A DNA stretch of 64,000 nt from the IMG/VR virus record IMGVR_UViG_3300042317_000235, positions 493-64,492 of that record. The stretch is one strand, 5' to 3'. The stretch comes from a virus (Duplodnaviria > Caudoviricetes). Within the stretch, counting starts at the first letter, position 1; each line of letters opens with the position of its first letter. The position numbers and the translations under genes are program-made. The notes beneath the pieces are model-generated. The model saw only the letters and a program-made list of their open reading frames with translations. It was not told where the DNA came from and ran no database searches. Positions 54,401 to 63,946 of this stretch are shown here, in pieces.

Positions 54401-56431
54401 GCTGCCTTTTATACACCTATGTATCGGGTTATGACGGACAAGACTACGTCAGATGAGCTTGAGGATACGTTTGATGATATGTCTAGCGGAAAGTATAAAC
54501 CTAATATTTCGTCATTAATTAAAGGGATGAAGGAGCAGAAGTTCAAAGGCTCTAACCGCGAAGTATTTAATATGATGGATAACATGGAGCATTGGGTTCA
54601 GATAAGTTTCTCTCGTGCAGTACGGGCTAAAAAAGCCACAGATATGATAGACACCGCTAGACGCTATTTACCCGAAGGCGCAGTATCTCGTGTGCAGGGT
54701 ACTAAGTCCAATAAAGACGATACTATAACGTGCTACTTTCATGGTAAAAAACAGTATTGGCGATTTGATGACCCGCTTATGGCAGTGGCTTTCAGAGGCG
54801 TACCCGCCGCACCGTTTGCCCTTAAGTCTATCGGTAAAGTCAGTGATATCATGCGTAGTGGTATCGTATTAACTCCTACGTTTACCTTGTCTCAGCTACC
54901 TCAAGATATCTATGATGCCGCGTTCTCATCAGGGGTTAAGAATCCGTTTAAGTTATTTACCACGATGCTCTCAGAGTTTAAGACAACGGCGTTCTCTAAA
55001 GAAGATACAGAAGCGCATAAAGCCTTGAAAGCTATTGGGGCTGTTGGGGCCAAAGATTCTCTTGGAGATTCCCGCACTCTGCATTTATACGACACCGTAC
55101 ATCATACACACTTAAGTAAAGACAAGACTGCATGGCGTAAATTTAAGTCGTCTTTAGAAAAGTTTGCTATGGCCGGTGATAATGCTATTCGCCAAGCGGT
55201 ATATGTGCGTACTATGAAGGAGCTTGAAGGCGACCCTCGTGCTAAGTCTATTGCCTATCAGAGAGCCTTCGATATTATTAACTTCCGTAGACGCGGTGCA
55301 TCAGCTGTATTAGAACAAGTACGTTCAGTTACGCCTTTTATGGGGGCTGCAATCCAAGCGCACCGTGCGGCGTACCAAGTAATAGCTGGGAGAGGTCTAG
55401 CATATCAGTCCAGTGCAGACAGTAAGAGTGCGCATATGCGCCTAGCAACAACATCAACCACTATGGCACTTATGGCGTTTGTCTATAATATGTTGTATGG
55501 CGGTTTGCTTGGAGATGATGAGGATAAAGATAAATTCAACAAAGAAGATACTCGCTTTAAAGATACGCACATCATGTTATTTGGTGGCAATTCGATAATA
55601 TCTATCCCAATACGTCCAAGCGTATTCTCCCTACCGTATATTACGGGGAATCATTTATTCCAGTTAGGTATTGCTGAGTCTGAGAACCCACGTCAAACAG
55701 CAGATGCTTATAGAGAGGCTATTATATCGGCATTCGGTATTCCTATGCTTCCTCCTGTAGTTAGAGAAGGGTTTCAACAGGCAACTAACTATGACTTCTT
55801 TACGAACCGTCCTATTGTTCCAGAGCGTCTGCGTAAGAATGACCCGTCCTATCAGTACGATGACCGCACATCTGCTTTAGGTAAACTCGTGGGTGAGGCA
55901 ACCTCAGGACTTCCAAAAGAAGCTCAATTATCACCGATTAAGTTTGACCATTTTATGAAAGGTTGGTTTAGTGGCGTCGGTACGGCTATCCTGCAAACGT
56001 CTAATATGGTGGAGGTTGCAGCTTCTGATAACCCGTCTAAAGAACACACATTTAGAGAGATGGTTAGGATGTTCCCTAGCGTACCAGGTCTTGTTCCAGA
56101 GGAGTTTAAGGAGCAGAGTAAGTCTACTTACTATGATTTGCGTGAGGAGGTTGAAGGAGCGCACAGCACCTATAATCGATTGAAGAAAGAAGGAAAGCTT
56201 GAGGATGCACGTAAGTACAAGGAAAGCAATAAAAGCCTCCTAAACGAATCTGTGCATCAGAAGATGAACCATTTAAAAACTGAGACTGATAAGATTCATG
56301 CAACTACTCGTAAGATTCTAAGTAACAAGAACTTATCTTCGGAGATAAAAGCGGAGAGAGTACGAGCTCTTGAAGCAAAGGAGCGTAGGCTCCTGTCACA
56401 CGTCCAGACTTTATACGATAAAGTTCACTAA
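51464..56431 (+). CDS. very large internal virion / polyvalent protein (LPD38-like C-terminus)
   Basis: 1655 aa; HEMGVH metallopeptidase-like motif; NYDFFTNRPIV, SPIKFDH. Confidence 0.75.
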   Translation: MPSYIVTAPDGKEYDVDAPEGATEEQALDYFKSQWNAQPEELPSRTGADIAKDIGVTAGRSGISALQGVEGLADLLPGVNATKYLSEHGVDLGKAKEYLQENASPQQQQAYKNLTEAKGAGNILSAAIENPSAVAELVGENIIPMLTGGAEAKLLTKGVPALAKYAPSIGEGFAQMGQEAQKLTAEAPDKELSGKGELAALGSGALDAVIGRFAGKLVSKAGGTNVEDTLYGTLARDMGEEAARNPSVVKRVLVSTLGEGAEEALQSGQERIWDNYAKGATNLPTLLEGAVDDATLGSILGSVMGGGASAISGRGEQQAPEQPAVEPVQPTQPQGFSERDRKVDMEDGLELAGVNPDDHPELYAELSDPRHYESEETINALDERLKRYKSDEAPVEGEEDIDFASALPKEFDDTAWEAHLEKQREYARQTAPAAEQPQAENVAPEVTEPETEPTLNEEGGSFTINGQTATYTKTGELEAGVPLYTVEYPMPDNTVGKQTNVTMADITKMFKQGSQTTEQVAPETEQEVPEPISSVATSDAITEHNVESLQPHLTPEMKRLVESGKLTLHDTRDTLPDQTLPENVQGYTSPAGEVHLVANKLTPETLPRVAMHEMGVHVGMRGMVGDKVWGDLTSQALTTKGDAFDRARQAVPENTPEHLKGEETLAYLVENAPKLPVVKRAISAVKNWARTTFGAKLDLTEADAHHLAAKALRRESQTATRAPREETAFSVTPNSKLQEQVEKDRQGMRPATVKKKKGLKERFSKSGENLQRAADVYETQFFSHDAGFINTVRRTLEGMKLDPNLIGKLLDRVSQAQTVSDSSISAEGALCGSLEYDTNTDFFVAVDKADNLVTMRQIIDDAGTEYGWSEEETHKFFTSYMVAGRLKEKYEKARALKVEANKQTTPAAKAELFKQSREITDTLKLGMTEEECDAAREAYESVEGFVKAEKMWHKVRENTIDVLVKSGLYSKEKADAYMDAAFYTPMYRVMTDKTTSDELEDTFDDMSSGKYKPNISSLIKGMKEQKFKGSNREVFNMMDNMEHWVQISFSRAVRAKKATDMIDTARRYLPEGAVSRVQGTKSNKDDTITCYFHGKKQYWRFDDPLMAVAFRGVPAAPFALKSIGKVSDIMRSGIVLTPTFTLSQLPQDIYDAAFSSGVKNPFKLFTTMLSEFKTTAFSKEDTEAHKALKAIGAVGAKDSLGDSRTLHLYDTVHHTHLSKDKTAWRKFKSSLEKFAMAGDNAIRQAVYVRTMKELEGDPRAKSIAYQRAFDIINFRRRGASAVLEQVRSVTPFMGAAIQAHRAAYQVIAGRGLAYQSSADSKSAHMRLATTSTTMALMAFVYNMLYGGLLGDDEDKDKFNKEDTRFKDTHIMLFGGNSIISIPIRPSVFSLPYITGNHLFQLGIAESENPRQTADAYREAIISAFGIPMLPPVVREGFQQATNYDFFTNRPIVPERLRKNDPSYQYDDRTSALGKLVGEATSGLPKEAQLSPIKFDHFMKGWFSGVGTAILQTSNMVEVAASDNPSKEHTFREMVRMFPSVPGLVPEEFKEQSKSTYYDLREEVEGAHSTYNRLKKEGKLEDARKYKESNKSLLNESVHQKMNHLKTETDKIHATTRKILSNKNLSSEIKAERVRALEAKERRLLSHVQTLYDKVH

Positions 56432-56460
56432 AAAGAGAGGGGGCGTTAAGCCCCCTTTTT
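56431..56460. terminator. probably bidirectional terminator between convergent modules
   Basis: A tract, AGGGGGC-GTTAA-GCCCCCT, T tract. Confidence 0.8.
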
Positions 56461-59249
56461 CACCCCATCTGCGTGGTATCTAAAACCAGTGCAATTACTG
56501 CAGGACTATCCTGCACCGTACCAGCCGACATCCTAACTTTAGTTGTGTCGAGTAGGATACCAATTTTCTTCAAGTCCTCTACTAAGCATTTATACGACAA
56601 CTGCTTTCTCGCACACCACGATTTAAACACTGATGCTATGATATAGGCTCTATGCGTATCGGGCTCCCTGCGTATCACAAGCGCACCGCGAGGAGTTTCA
56701 ATAGGTACACCAAGTGTCCCTGCAATAGTAGGGGGCTTATTATTTATTACAAGCTGATTCTGCATATGCTCTGACATAAACAACCCTAAGTTAGCTGACG
56801 CTTTATCTTCCTGCACTTTCTCTATCTTTCTTGCGTGCCCTATTTTCTTAGCTAGATAGTCAATCACAGGTTGCATAGGGATATTAATAATACCTAACTC
56901 ATTTGCGAGTTTACCTCCGAAGATAGCAGTTGCAACTAGAGCAGAGTAGTAGCGGTCTCTTTGAAGTAAGTTAGCCTTCACATCGAACTGGCGTTGGCAC
57001 TCAAATAGTTCATTAACAGATTCATCGTAGTTATCCAAAATAGCCTGTGCAATGATATCCCCTGCATGACCGTAGTTACATATAAGGTCTCTACTAAATA
57101 GCTGGTCAGACTGTTGCTTAGTTAAGGAGTCAGCGCGTACTACTTCAAGCTCTAGGATACGCAGTATCTCACCCTCTGGGTCAGCCTTTAAAGTTTGTAG
57201 TACCTCATGCAGACTGTTGTTACCAGACGTGATGCAAGGCATAGACCATGTAGTGTTGTTAACTCTTTCGATATTAGCTGAAGAGCTCATACGGTTTCTA
57301 CCACGACCATTTGTAATACCAAACGCTAAGTCACTGATATCATCCGCAGGTAAGTTAGTCAGCTCGTCAATGCAGAGAATAAGGTTTTGAATGATACCCA
57401 TACGCTGATACTTAGCGAGAATCTTATCGTCATTAACCAGCATAGTTTTTGTAGGGTGACCCCATACGCTATTAGCTACATATTGGATAGTTGATTTACC
57501 CACACCTGATGATGCATTAGTTAAGTGGAGCATCGCGCCACCTAGTGAGAACACCTTAAACATGGGTGCACCAAGACTTAGGAATAATGCAAAGGCTCGT
57601 ACTTCATTTCCGGGAAGTCCATAAGTATTGACTACGTTAGACCACGCTTCAAGCGACCCTTCTTTAGTGTATACCTTAGCGGCTTCTTGTGTGGTGGCTG
57701 AGGGCGGACTGTATTTAGGGAATGCACCTTTAGTCATTTCTCGTGCTCCGACAACAAACGATGTGTTATCTGAGTTCCATCCAAACTGCACTCTTACGTG
57801 CTCTGCCTTCGTTGTGTTTTGCAAGTGCTTAGTCCACGCTACTAGGTAAGCCATAATCAGTTTCATCTGATTAGTATGAGCCGCGATACCTTTATGAGAA
57901 AGAAGCTCACGGCATTTATCCCCTGCTGTTACCGTTGCAAGAGGAGCAATAAAATCACTCACCCCATCATGCGGACGGATAAGACGCATATGCAGAACCT
58001 CACCATCATTTGGGTCACTACGTCTACCTACTACATAAAAATCGTTTTCGTACACTAATGCTTTATCAGTTTCTTCTCCATCACCGGAATCAAGTACGCT
58101 CTTAACGTACACACCGCCATTAGGTCCTCTAGTGTATGGATATGGGTATTTGGGAATCTCTATATCTATTGTGCCAAGCTCTTTACTCTCTGCGGTAACG
58201 ATGTTATCCGAAGGCGATGCTTCTAGTATGTCTCTACCTAACATCAAGGGTGTTGTTATATTCCCAGTGTGCTTACACCCTACGCACAGTTCTGGATTGA
58301 TAGTGTTAAATGTTTCGCATAAATGTGGACCCTTAATGAGCCACGCCTTTCTTTCAGTCTCAGCAGGACTATATTCATCATGTGCTTGAGATATTTTATG
58401 TATCGCTGTTTCTTTATCTACGCAGAACTGTGCAATAGAAAGCCCTGCTCTCCAGAGAGGTTCAGATATATCGTTTTGATTTAAGTATATATTAGCCATT
58501 TGCGCACAACCACTACCACTAAGGCTTTTATGCATAACACGAGAGAACTTGTATATGATGTTCCCAAGTAGCGCACGAGTTGTATCGTTGAGCGTTACAT
58601 TAGAAGCGGCGAGCTCTGCTTGTGCTAGGGGAGTTAATATATCTTTTGGTGTTAGTACATCTCTGAAATACTGCACGGGGTTTGAAGGAGAGAGTGCTAT
58701 AAGTTCAACATCAACTGCTTCGCCACGCTTAAAATTCTTGGTCTGAGGGATACGCAGAATACGAGCACCGTCAGTTGTTATACCCATATCTTTAACTTGA
58801 AACTTCTCAGCTATCATGCGGTCAACTAATGCAGTAGCTAAAGGTTTCCATTCGTTGTAATCAATCGTAGTATCAAACGCCCAGTAGATGTGTAAGCCGT
58901 AGCCTGATGATACGATGGTTGGTTTGGGAAGGTTAACTGCTTTGCAAAAATCTTTAAGGGCACCGATACCTGTAACCTGTGTTTCATACGCAGTACCTTT
59001 GCCGATATCTAAATCCACCCATAGCGATTTAAACAAATTAACATTCTTAGCACTTCTACTTATATTTGAATGGTAGGTAGCTAAAGCGAAGTAGGCATCT
59101 ACTCCAGCCGCTGTTTGTTCGTCTGCCCAAACCTCTACTTCCTCGAATGTGTTAAAGAATACTTGGGTAGTTCTTTTATTGATTATCCCTACTGCGCAAT
59201 ACAAACCTCCTTGCGCTACTACTGTATTAAAAAAATCTATCCTGTTCAT
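56460..59249 (-). CDS. primase-helicase (AEP-type primase + DUF927 + P-loop helicase)
   Basis: WVDLDIG, SSGYGLHIYW, RILRIP, GP..C...C..C, QFGW, Walker A SSGVGKST, Walker B LCIDE. Confidence 0.88.
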   Translation of the reverse strand: MNRIDFFNTVVAQGGLYCAVGIINKRTTQVFFNTFEEVEVWADEQTAAGVDAYFALATYHSNISRSAKNVNLFKSLWVDLDIGKGTAYETQVTGIGALKDFCKAVNLPKPTIVSSGYGLHIYWAFDTTIDYNEWKPLATALVDRMIAEKFQVKDMGITTDGARILRIPQTKNFKRGEAVDVELIALSPSNPVQYFRDVLTPKDILTPLAQAELAASNVTLNDTTRALLGNIIYKFSRVMHKSLSGSGCAQMANIYLNQNDISEPLWRAGLSIAQFCVDKETAIHKISQAHDEYSPAETERKAWLIKGPHLCETFNTINPELCVGCKHTGNITTPLMLGRDILEASPSDNIVTAESKELGTIDIEIPKYPYPYTRGPNGGVYVKSVLDSGDGEETDKALVYENDFYVVGRRSDPNDGEVLHMRLIRPHDGVSDFIAPLATVTAGDKCRELLSHKGIAAHTNQMKLIMAYLVAWTKHLQNTTKAEHVRVQFGWNSDNTSFVVGAREMTKGAFPKYSPPSATTQEAAKVYTKEGSLEAWSNVVNTYGLPGNEVRAFALFLSLGAPMFKVFSLGGAMLHLTNASSGVGKSTIQYVANSVWGHPTKTMLVNDDKILAKYQRMGIIQNLILCIDELTNLPADDISDLAFGITNGRGRNRMSSSANIERVNNTTWSMPCITSGNNSLHEVLQTLKADPEGEILRILELEVVRADSLTKQQSDQLFSRDLICNYGHAGDIIAQAILDNYDESVNELFECQRQFDVKANLLQRDRYYSALVATAIFGGKLANELGIINIPMQPVIDYLAKKIGHARKIEKVQEDKASANLGLFMSEHMQNQLVINNKPPTIAGTLGVPIETPRGALVIRREPDTHRAYIIASVFKSWCARKQLSYKCLVEDLKKIGILLDTTKVRMSAGTVQDSPAVIALVLDTTQMG

Positions 59250-59271
59250 GGCTATACCTAAAAATGAGGGT

Positions 59272-59300
59272 AAAAAAAGGGGCGGTGCTATCCGCCCCTT
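59272..59300 (-). terminator. Rho-independent terminator after SSB
   Basis: minus strand AAGGGGCGG-ATAGCA-CCGCCCCTT followed by a T tract. Confidence 0.8.
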
Positions 59301-59315
59301 CTAATGGGGAAGTGC

Positions 59316-60191
59316 TTAGTCAGCCCATTCAGCCAATGTACTTTCAAGGTCAGTTGGGTTAGCTACTGTAGCTGAGGGCTTCTTCTCTCTTACAACAGGT
59401 TCAGCAACGGGAGCGTCTTTGAATAAGCCTTGCGGTGCTGGTTTAGGTGCAGGAGCTGGAGCCTCTTCTTTTTTAGCTGCTGAGAAGCTGGTAGTAATTG
59501 CTTGGATTGCTTCAAGTGAAGTAGCTTTATCCAATACAACCTCAATCTCTTTTTCATCTAATGGACGTACTGCACGGAATACCATCTTAGGTGTTGCAGA
59601 ATCTGTATCAAATCTAAGCTCGGTTACAACGTCAGTAACATTTAAGCCGTGTCCTGCTAGTTGCTTGGCATATTGGAAGAGAGGCATCTTACCGTTCTCA
59701 CCTTTACCAAATAAAGAGGTTGCTGCAAGTAATAACTCGTATACGTCACCATGCATATCATTCTCAAGTAATACTGCGAGGCGGTGAGTATATCTGCAAG
59801 CTCTACCAGAACCTTGACCAGACCCCGCGATGTTCATAGGGCAGGTAGCACAGTTGTGGTTTTTAGGAGTTTCAATAGTTGGGCTAGGTACTTCACCATC
59901 CGTACTCCAGCAATCTGGAGAAGAGACTACACCTTCTTGGTATGTCCCTGCGTAATACTGACGTGATGTTTTAGGTGCCGCCGCCGCAATGATAATGTTC
60001 ATTGCACGGTCTTCGTTCTTAGCAACCTCTTGACCACCAACAGTTAAGCGGAAGATGTTACCTCTTACTGAGATGCGGCGAGCATCAGATGAGCCGCCCA
60101 TAAGAGCCTTAGTAGTTTCACTCAACTCCCTTTTTGCAAAGTGTGCTGGGATTGCTGCGCCTGTTGTAAATAAACTCATTTCGTTAGCCAT
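59316..60191 (-). CDS. probable single-stranded DNA-binding protein (start reassigned to MANEMSLF)
   Basis: RRISVRG, PDCWS.DG, C..C..N..GS....GRAC, FDTDS..PK..F; acidic/aromatic end EWAD. Confidence 0.7.
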   Translation of the reverse strand: MANEMSLFTTGAAIPAHFAKRELSETTKALMGGSSDARRISVRGNIFRLTVGGQEVAKNEDRAMNIIIAAAAPKTSRQYYAGTYQEGVVSSPDCWSTDGEVPSPTIETPKNHNCATCPMNIAGSGQGSGRACRYTHRLAVLLENDMHGDVYELLLAATSLFGKGENGKMPLFQYAKQLAGHGLNVTDVVTELRFDTDSATPKMVFRAVRPLDEKEIEVVLDKATSLEAIQAITTSFSAAKKEEAPAPAPKPAPQGLFKDAPVAEPVVREKKPSATVANPTDLESTLAEWAD

Positions 60192-60402
60192 GTGTATTTG
60201 CTCCTGATAATTTAACAATAGTAGTTTTTCTAGAGATTAGTGCTTTTACTTCGTTAGCACTTAATAGGTATTCATTACCTCTGCGGTAAGAACTTAATTT
60301 ACCTGTGTTTCGTAGTTTGGAAATATACTGCCTAGAGCAGTTTAGTATCCCCATTACTTGTTTAGTTGTCAAAAATACTTCTTCATCATCTTGCGGTTCC
60401 AT
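60184..60402 (-). CDS. excisionase-like HTH protein
   Basis: LTTKQVMGILNCSRQYISKLRNTGKL. Confidence 0.78.
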   Translation of the reverse strand: MEPQDDEEVFLTTKQVMGILNCSRQYISKLRNTGKLSSYRRGNEYLLSANEVKALISRKTTIVKLSGANTHG

Positions 60403-60403
60403 A

Positions 60404-60796
60404 TCATTTCCTTCTAACGGTTATGGCATATCTGCTATCAATATTCATGCCTGGAGGCATGAGGTTAGGGTTTTCTTCTAAAAAGGATTTCATGTTTGTC
60501 TGATGCACTCGTTGCTCCATAAGTTCAAACGCATCATGTTCCTTAATAAAGTTTTTCATACTGTTCCAATCGCTTGTCCAGTATCTTGTTTTAACCGTCC
60601 GTGTCACTGTACCTGCTGAGGTCTTAAGTCCGTCTGTCCCCGTCTCCTTGCAAAGCTCTAGTAGAGCCTGTTGTACTGCATCTTGTTGCTGTTTAATTCT
60701 ATCGTCTGCTTCATCAAACTCTCGTTGCAGTTGCTGTCTTGCATCTCTCATTTTTATGTAAGCTTTGACGAGATGTTCTACATTTACTGTACTCAT
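60404..60796 (-). CDS. conserved replication-module protein
   Basis: LVKAYIKMRD, KTSAGTV, DW, PPG. Confidence 0.75.
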   Translation of the reverse strand: MSTVNVEHLVKAYIKMRDARQQLQREFDEADDRIKQQQDAVQQALLELCKETGTDGLKTSAGTVTRTVKTRYWTSDWNSMKNFIKEHDAFELMEQRVHQTNMKSFLEENPNLMPPGMNIDSRYAITVRRK

Positions 60797-60830
60797 GTGA
60801 TTCCTCGTGCCTTTCTTTGAAAGAGATTAT

Positions 60831-60859
60831 ATTGTACACCCTTGTAACCCTTGTGTCAA
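60831..60859 (-). promoter_or_regulatory. sigma70 promoter with tandem repeats in the spacer
   Basis: minus strand TTGACA-17 nt-TACAAT; ACCCTTGT x2 at 60838 and 60847. Confidence 0.8.
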
Positions 60860-62448
60860 CTGATAATATCTTTATACAAATCCAATAACTTAGTCTGAGC
60901 CGCACCTTTATCTTCTAATACGTTTAAGACTTTCTTCTCTACGGGTGAGCCTACAAGATGCACCACGCTACATCTGTTTACTTGCCCTGCACGGTGAATA
61001 CGCGCATTGGCTTGCTTATAGGTTTCCAGTGAAAGTGTGACGCCCCACCACACAATCGTATTAGCCGCGTGCAAAGTTACCCCATGCGCCGCCGCTTGCG
61101 GCTGGATAACCAGAATCTGCGGGTTAGGTGAAGTCTGGAATGCGTTGAATAATTCAGAGCGTTTGTTTGCATTAATGCCACCATAAATAACTCCCACACT
61201 GTAGCCTACATCTAGTAATACCCTTTCTACTATCTCTATGGTGTGCTTAAACTGCACGAACACAATCGTCTTATGGGATGTTTCAGCTACGATGTCCAGC
61301 AGTTCTGCCGCACGAGATTTCACATCAAACTCAATCACTTCTCCAGTATCCGAATACACCGCTCCAGACGAAAGTTGCAATAGTTTGTTTAAAGCAACCG
61401 CCGCATTAGCCGCAGTAATCTCTTCTCCTGCCGCTTGCATGAGCATCTCTTTCTTGAGCATCTTGTAATACTTCTCTTGTTGCGGAGATAGCGGTACATC
61501 TCTTGTCTGATATGTTAGCTCTGGTAGGTCTAGGCATTCTTCTTTAGTAAACCGTATTGCAGGTTGCATGAACCTATGCACTATCTGCTCTGCATCGGGT
61601 CGGTTCTTAAACGTAAACTGCGAGGTGCGTATCTGCACCATATCTCGAAACGCATTAAACGCTCTGGGTGTTTGCTTGGGGTTAACCAGTTTAATTAGTC
61701 CATACGCATCTACTGGTGACTGCGCCGCAGGTGTACCCGTTAACATCCAGAGCCATGTGTCTGCAGTGACTAGACGGTTCATTGTTTTCCATCTGCGAGT
61801 CGATACGTTTTTTAAATGCGTAGCTTCATCTACTACAATCAAACCAAACCCGCCTTCAGCAATCTCCTTCTCTACTATCTCAACACCATCAAAGTTTATG
61901 ATGACTATCTCTGCATTACCCTTAATAATCTGAGCACGCTTCTCTCTACTACCATGTGCAATCTCAACTGACCGATGCATAGCTGTCTTAAATAAATCTT
62001 TGCGCCATGCCGCATCCATAATAGATAGAGGGCAAATCACAAGCATACGGCGTATCACACCGAGTTTCATTAGGTAGTCAGCCGCCCAGATAACAGAGTT
62101 AGTTTTTCCCGTACCCATCTCATTTAAGCAAAAGGCTCTTCGGTTAAGTGTTAGAAACTCTGATGTTACTCGCTGATGGTCAAAGGGTTTATACATCCCT
62201 GTCCACGTATACTGTGTGCGAATAGGTGAGGGTACATTTTTAATACCTATATTGTTTAGGATATGCGCTTCACCTAGCCCAAAGTTTACCCATACCTCTG
62301 CTGTACCAAAATCAATATCTTTAATTTTACTTTTAGGTATTACCCCTGTAATAGCATCGGGGGCAGTGGTCTTGATAGACAAGACCTTATCTTGGATTAC
62401 TTGTATTTCCATTGTCGCTCCGTACAGCCCCTTAAGGGGGCGAATCAT
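60856..62448 (-). CDS. SNF2-family helicase (likely start MEIQV near 62412)
   Basis: EMGTGKT, VVDEAT, LTGTP, HGVTL, QANARIHRAGQ. Confidence 0.92.
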   Translation of the reverse strand: MIRPLKGLYGATMEIQVIQDKVLSIKTTAPDAITGVIPKSKIKDIDFGTAEVWVNFGLGEAHILNNIGIKNVPSPIRTQYTWTGMYKPFDHQRVTSEFLTLNRRAFCLNEMGTGKTNSVIWAADYLMKLGVIRRMLVICPLSIMDAAWRKDLFKTAMHRSVEIAHGSREKRAQIIKGNAEIVIINFDGVEIVEKEIAEGGFGLIVVDEATHLKNVSTRRWKTMNRLVTADTWLWMLTGTPAAQSPVDAYGLIKLVNPKQTPRAFNAFRDMVQIRTSQFTFKNRPDAEQIVHRFMQPAIRFTKEECLDLPELTYQTRDVPLSPQQEKYYKMLKKEMLMQAAGEEITAANAAVALNKLLQLSSGAVYSDTGEVIEFDVKSRAAELLDIVAETSHKTIVFVQFKHTIEIVERVLLDVGYSVGVIYGGINANKRSELFNAFQTSPNPQILVIQPQAAAHGVTLHAANTIVWWGVTLSLETYKQANARIHRAGQVNRCSVVHLVGSPVEKKVLNVLEDKGAAQTKLLDLYKDIIS

Positions 62449-62654
62449 TTATCTTCTAATACTTCAAATAGCTGAGGCTTATTCGTACTTCTATTAAAGT
62501 ACCATGCTCTTACTTTGTTTAGGCACATCTTCCGTTCACTAATACGCGTTCTAAGAGTCATGGTACATAGAGCGTCTATGTGACGCTCTACTAAACTCTC
62601 AGGTAAACCAGACTCCGTTGCAATAATCTGCACTGACTTTACGGATACTTCCAT
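62445..62654 (-). CDS. hypothetical protein
   Basis: ORF track; tight packing. Confidence 0.6.
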   Translation of the reverse strand: MEVSVKSVQIIATESGLPESLVERHIDALCTMTLRTRISERKMCLNKVRAWYFNRSTNKPQLFEVLEDK

Positions 62655-62655
62655 A

Positions 62656-62955
62656 TTATTTCTTCTTAGGTTTAGCTTTCTTTGGTGGTTCGTTCTTCTT
62701 CATAGTATGGTCACTGTTGCGTTGGAACGAACGATTTACTTCTGGGTCTCTAAGACGTAGGTTGTCTTTACCGTTACCCGCTTTAACGCCTTTGATATGG
62801 TCAATGTCTTTCCCAGTGCGGTCAATACCCGCTTTATCATATGCACGGCGAGCACGTTGTCTCTCCATTCTAGCAGCGTGAGCCCCAGGGCGAGTCTTCT
62901 CTAATTCATATTCTCGTTTAACATTTCTATCTGCTTTGTTCTTGTAGGGCATCAC
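62656..62955 (-). CDS. small HNH endonuclease-like protein
   Basis: GKDIDHIK...GN...NLRL....NRS. Confidence 0.78.
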   Translation of the reverse strand: MMPYKNKADRNVKREYELEKTRPGAHAARMERQRARRAYDKAGIDRTGKDIDHIKGVKAGNGKDNLRLRDPEVNRSFQRNSDHTMKKNEPPKKAKPKKK

Positions 62956-63641
62956 CCCTCCTTATAGTTACCGTTATGAATGCACCGTGTAGCCTGACAC
63001 CATCGACGGCATAGTCCGTTAGGAATAGGATTAAATACTCCCGTCTCGTAGGCTACTGACCGTTGCGCTAATACAGGTGCTAGTTTATCAAAAATACCCA
63101 ATCTATTCTCATATGTATATTCTTCTTTTACCATCTCGTTAGCTACTACGAATAGTAACATCCCTTTGATATTCTCAACATACGGGAACTCTAGGAACAC
63201 CGCCGCCGCTAGTAGTGCTAGTTGCTTAGTGTCTGCATACTTTGCTGACTTGCCTGTTTTATAATCCACAATATACGCTTTCTTAGCATCTGCGTCTACG
63301 ATGACAAGGTCTGCAATGCCACGCCAGTACCTATTAGGTGCTTCATAATCACAGAACTCATATCCAGTATCTGTCTTCGCCACTGCGAGTTTATATTCGC
63401 AAAGCTTTCTGCCTTTGATGTTATTGATAGTATCAAGGAACTTCTTAACAAATATAAACCGCTCTGGTAATGCCTCACCTTTACCTATGTAGTTCTCAGC
63501 CGCAAGATGCAAATCTTTTCCATACAGCGTAGCTGAGGTATCTGCAAAAGGGATATACTTTAAAACATGATGTGCTTCGTACTGCTTAGGGCAGGTAATA
63601 AACCTACTCAGTGAACTATAAGTAAAACTAGGTACGCTCAT
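62952..63641 (-). CDS. PD-(D/E)xK Cas4/RecB-like exonuclease
   Basis: YSSL..F..CP, G..LH, RGIADL, IVDYKTG, QL, C-terminal LCRRWC....C. Confidence 0.88.
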   Translation of the reverse strand: MSVPSFTYSSLSRFITCPKQYEAHHVLKYIPFADTSATLYGKDLHLAAENYIGKGEALPERFIFVKKFLDTINNIKGRKLCEYKLAVAKTDTGYEFCDYEAPNRYWRGIADLVIVDADAKKAYIVDYKTGKSAKYADTKQLALLAAAVFLEFPYVENIKGMLLFVVANEMVKEEYTYENRLGIFDKLAPVLAQRSVAYETGVFNPIPNGLCRRWCQATRCIHNGNYKEG

Positions 63642-63727
63642 TTTTGCATACCCATCTTATGTAAGCCTTCTGAGGCGTTGAAGCAGTACAGGGTATAGAC
63701 TTCCACTCTGTGTAGCAGACCCACAAA

Positions 63728-63946
63728 CTACCGATTTTTCTTAGTTTCGGCTTCAAATATATCCGCGCATTCTCTATCACACCATCTCCTCTTGTATCCT
63801 ATAAAGTCACCGCACGTCCAGCAAAGTCCGGTGGGGTTAGTTGTATCTATCTTTGCGGCTTCTCTGCAAATATCTGCGATAAGTTTATCTCGCATCATCT
63901 CCTCATGCAGTGACGCGAGGTCTGTGTTTCCTTCTTCTGTTGCCAT
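63728..63946 (-). CDS. TraR/DksA-like C4 zinc-finger protein
   Basis: short acidic N-terminal helix (NTDLA), CWTC...WCDREC. Confidence 0.62.
   Translation of the reverse strand: MATEEGNTDLASLHEEMMRDKLIADICREAAKIDTTNPTGLCWTCGDFIGYKRRWCDRECADIFEAETKKNR

Noticed and set aside
62952-63641. Cas4 as evidence of a CRISPR-Cas system
   Set aside because: Stand-alone Cas4/RecB-like nucleases are routine in phage replication modules; no other cas genes are present.
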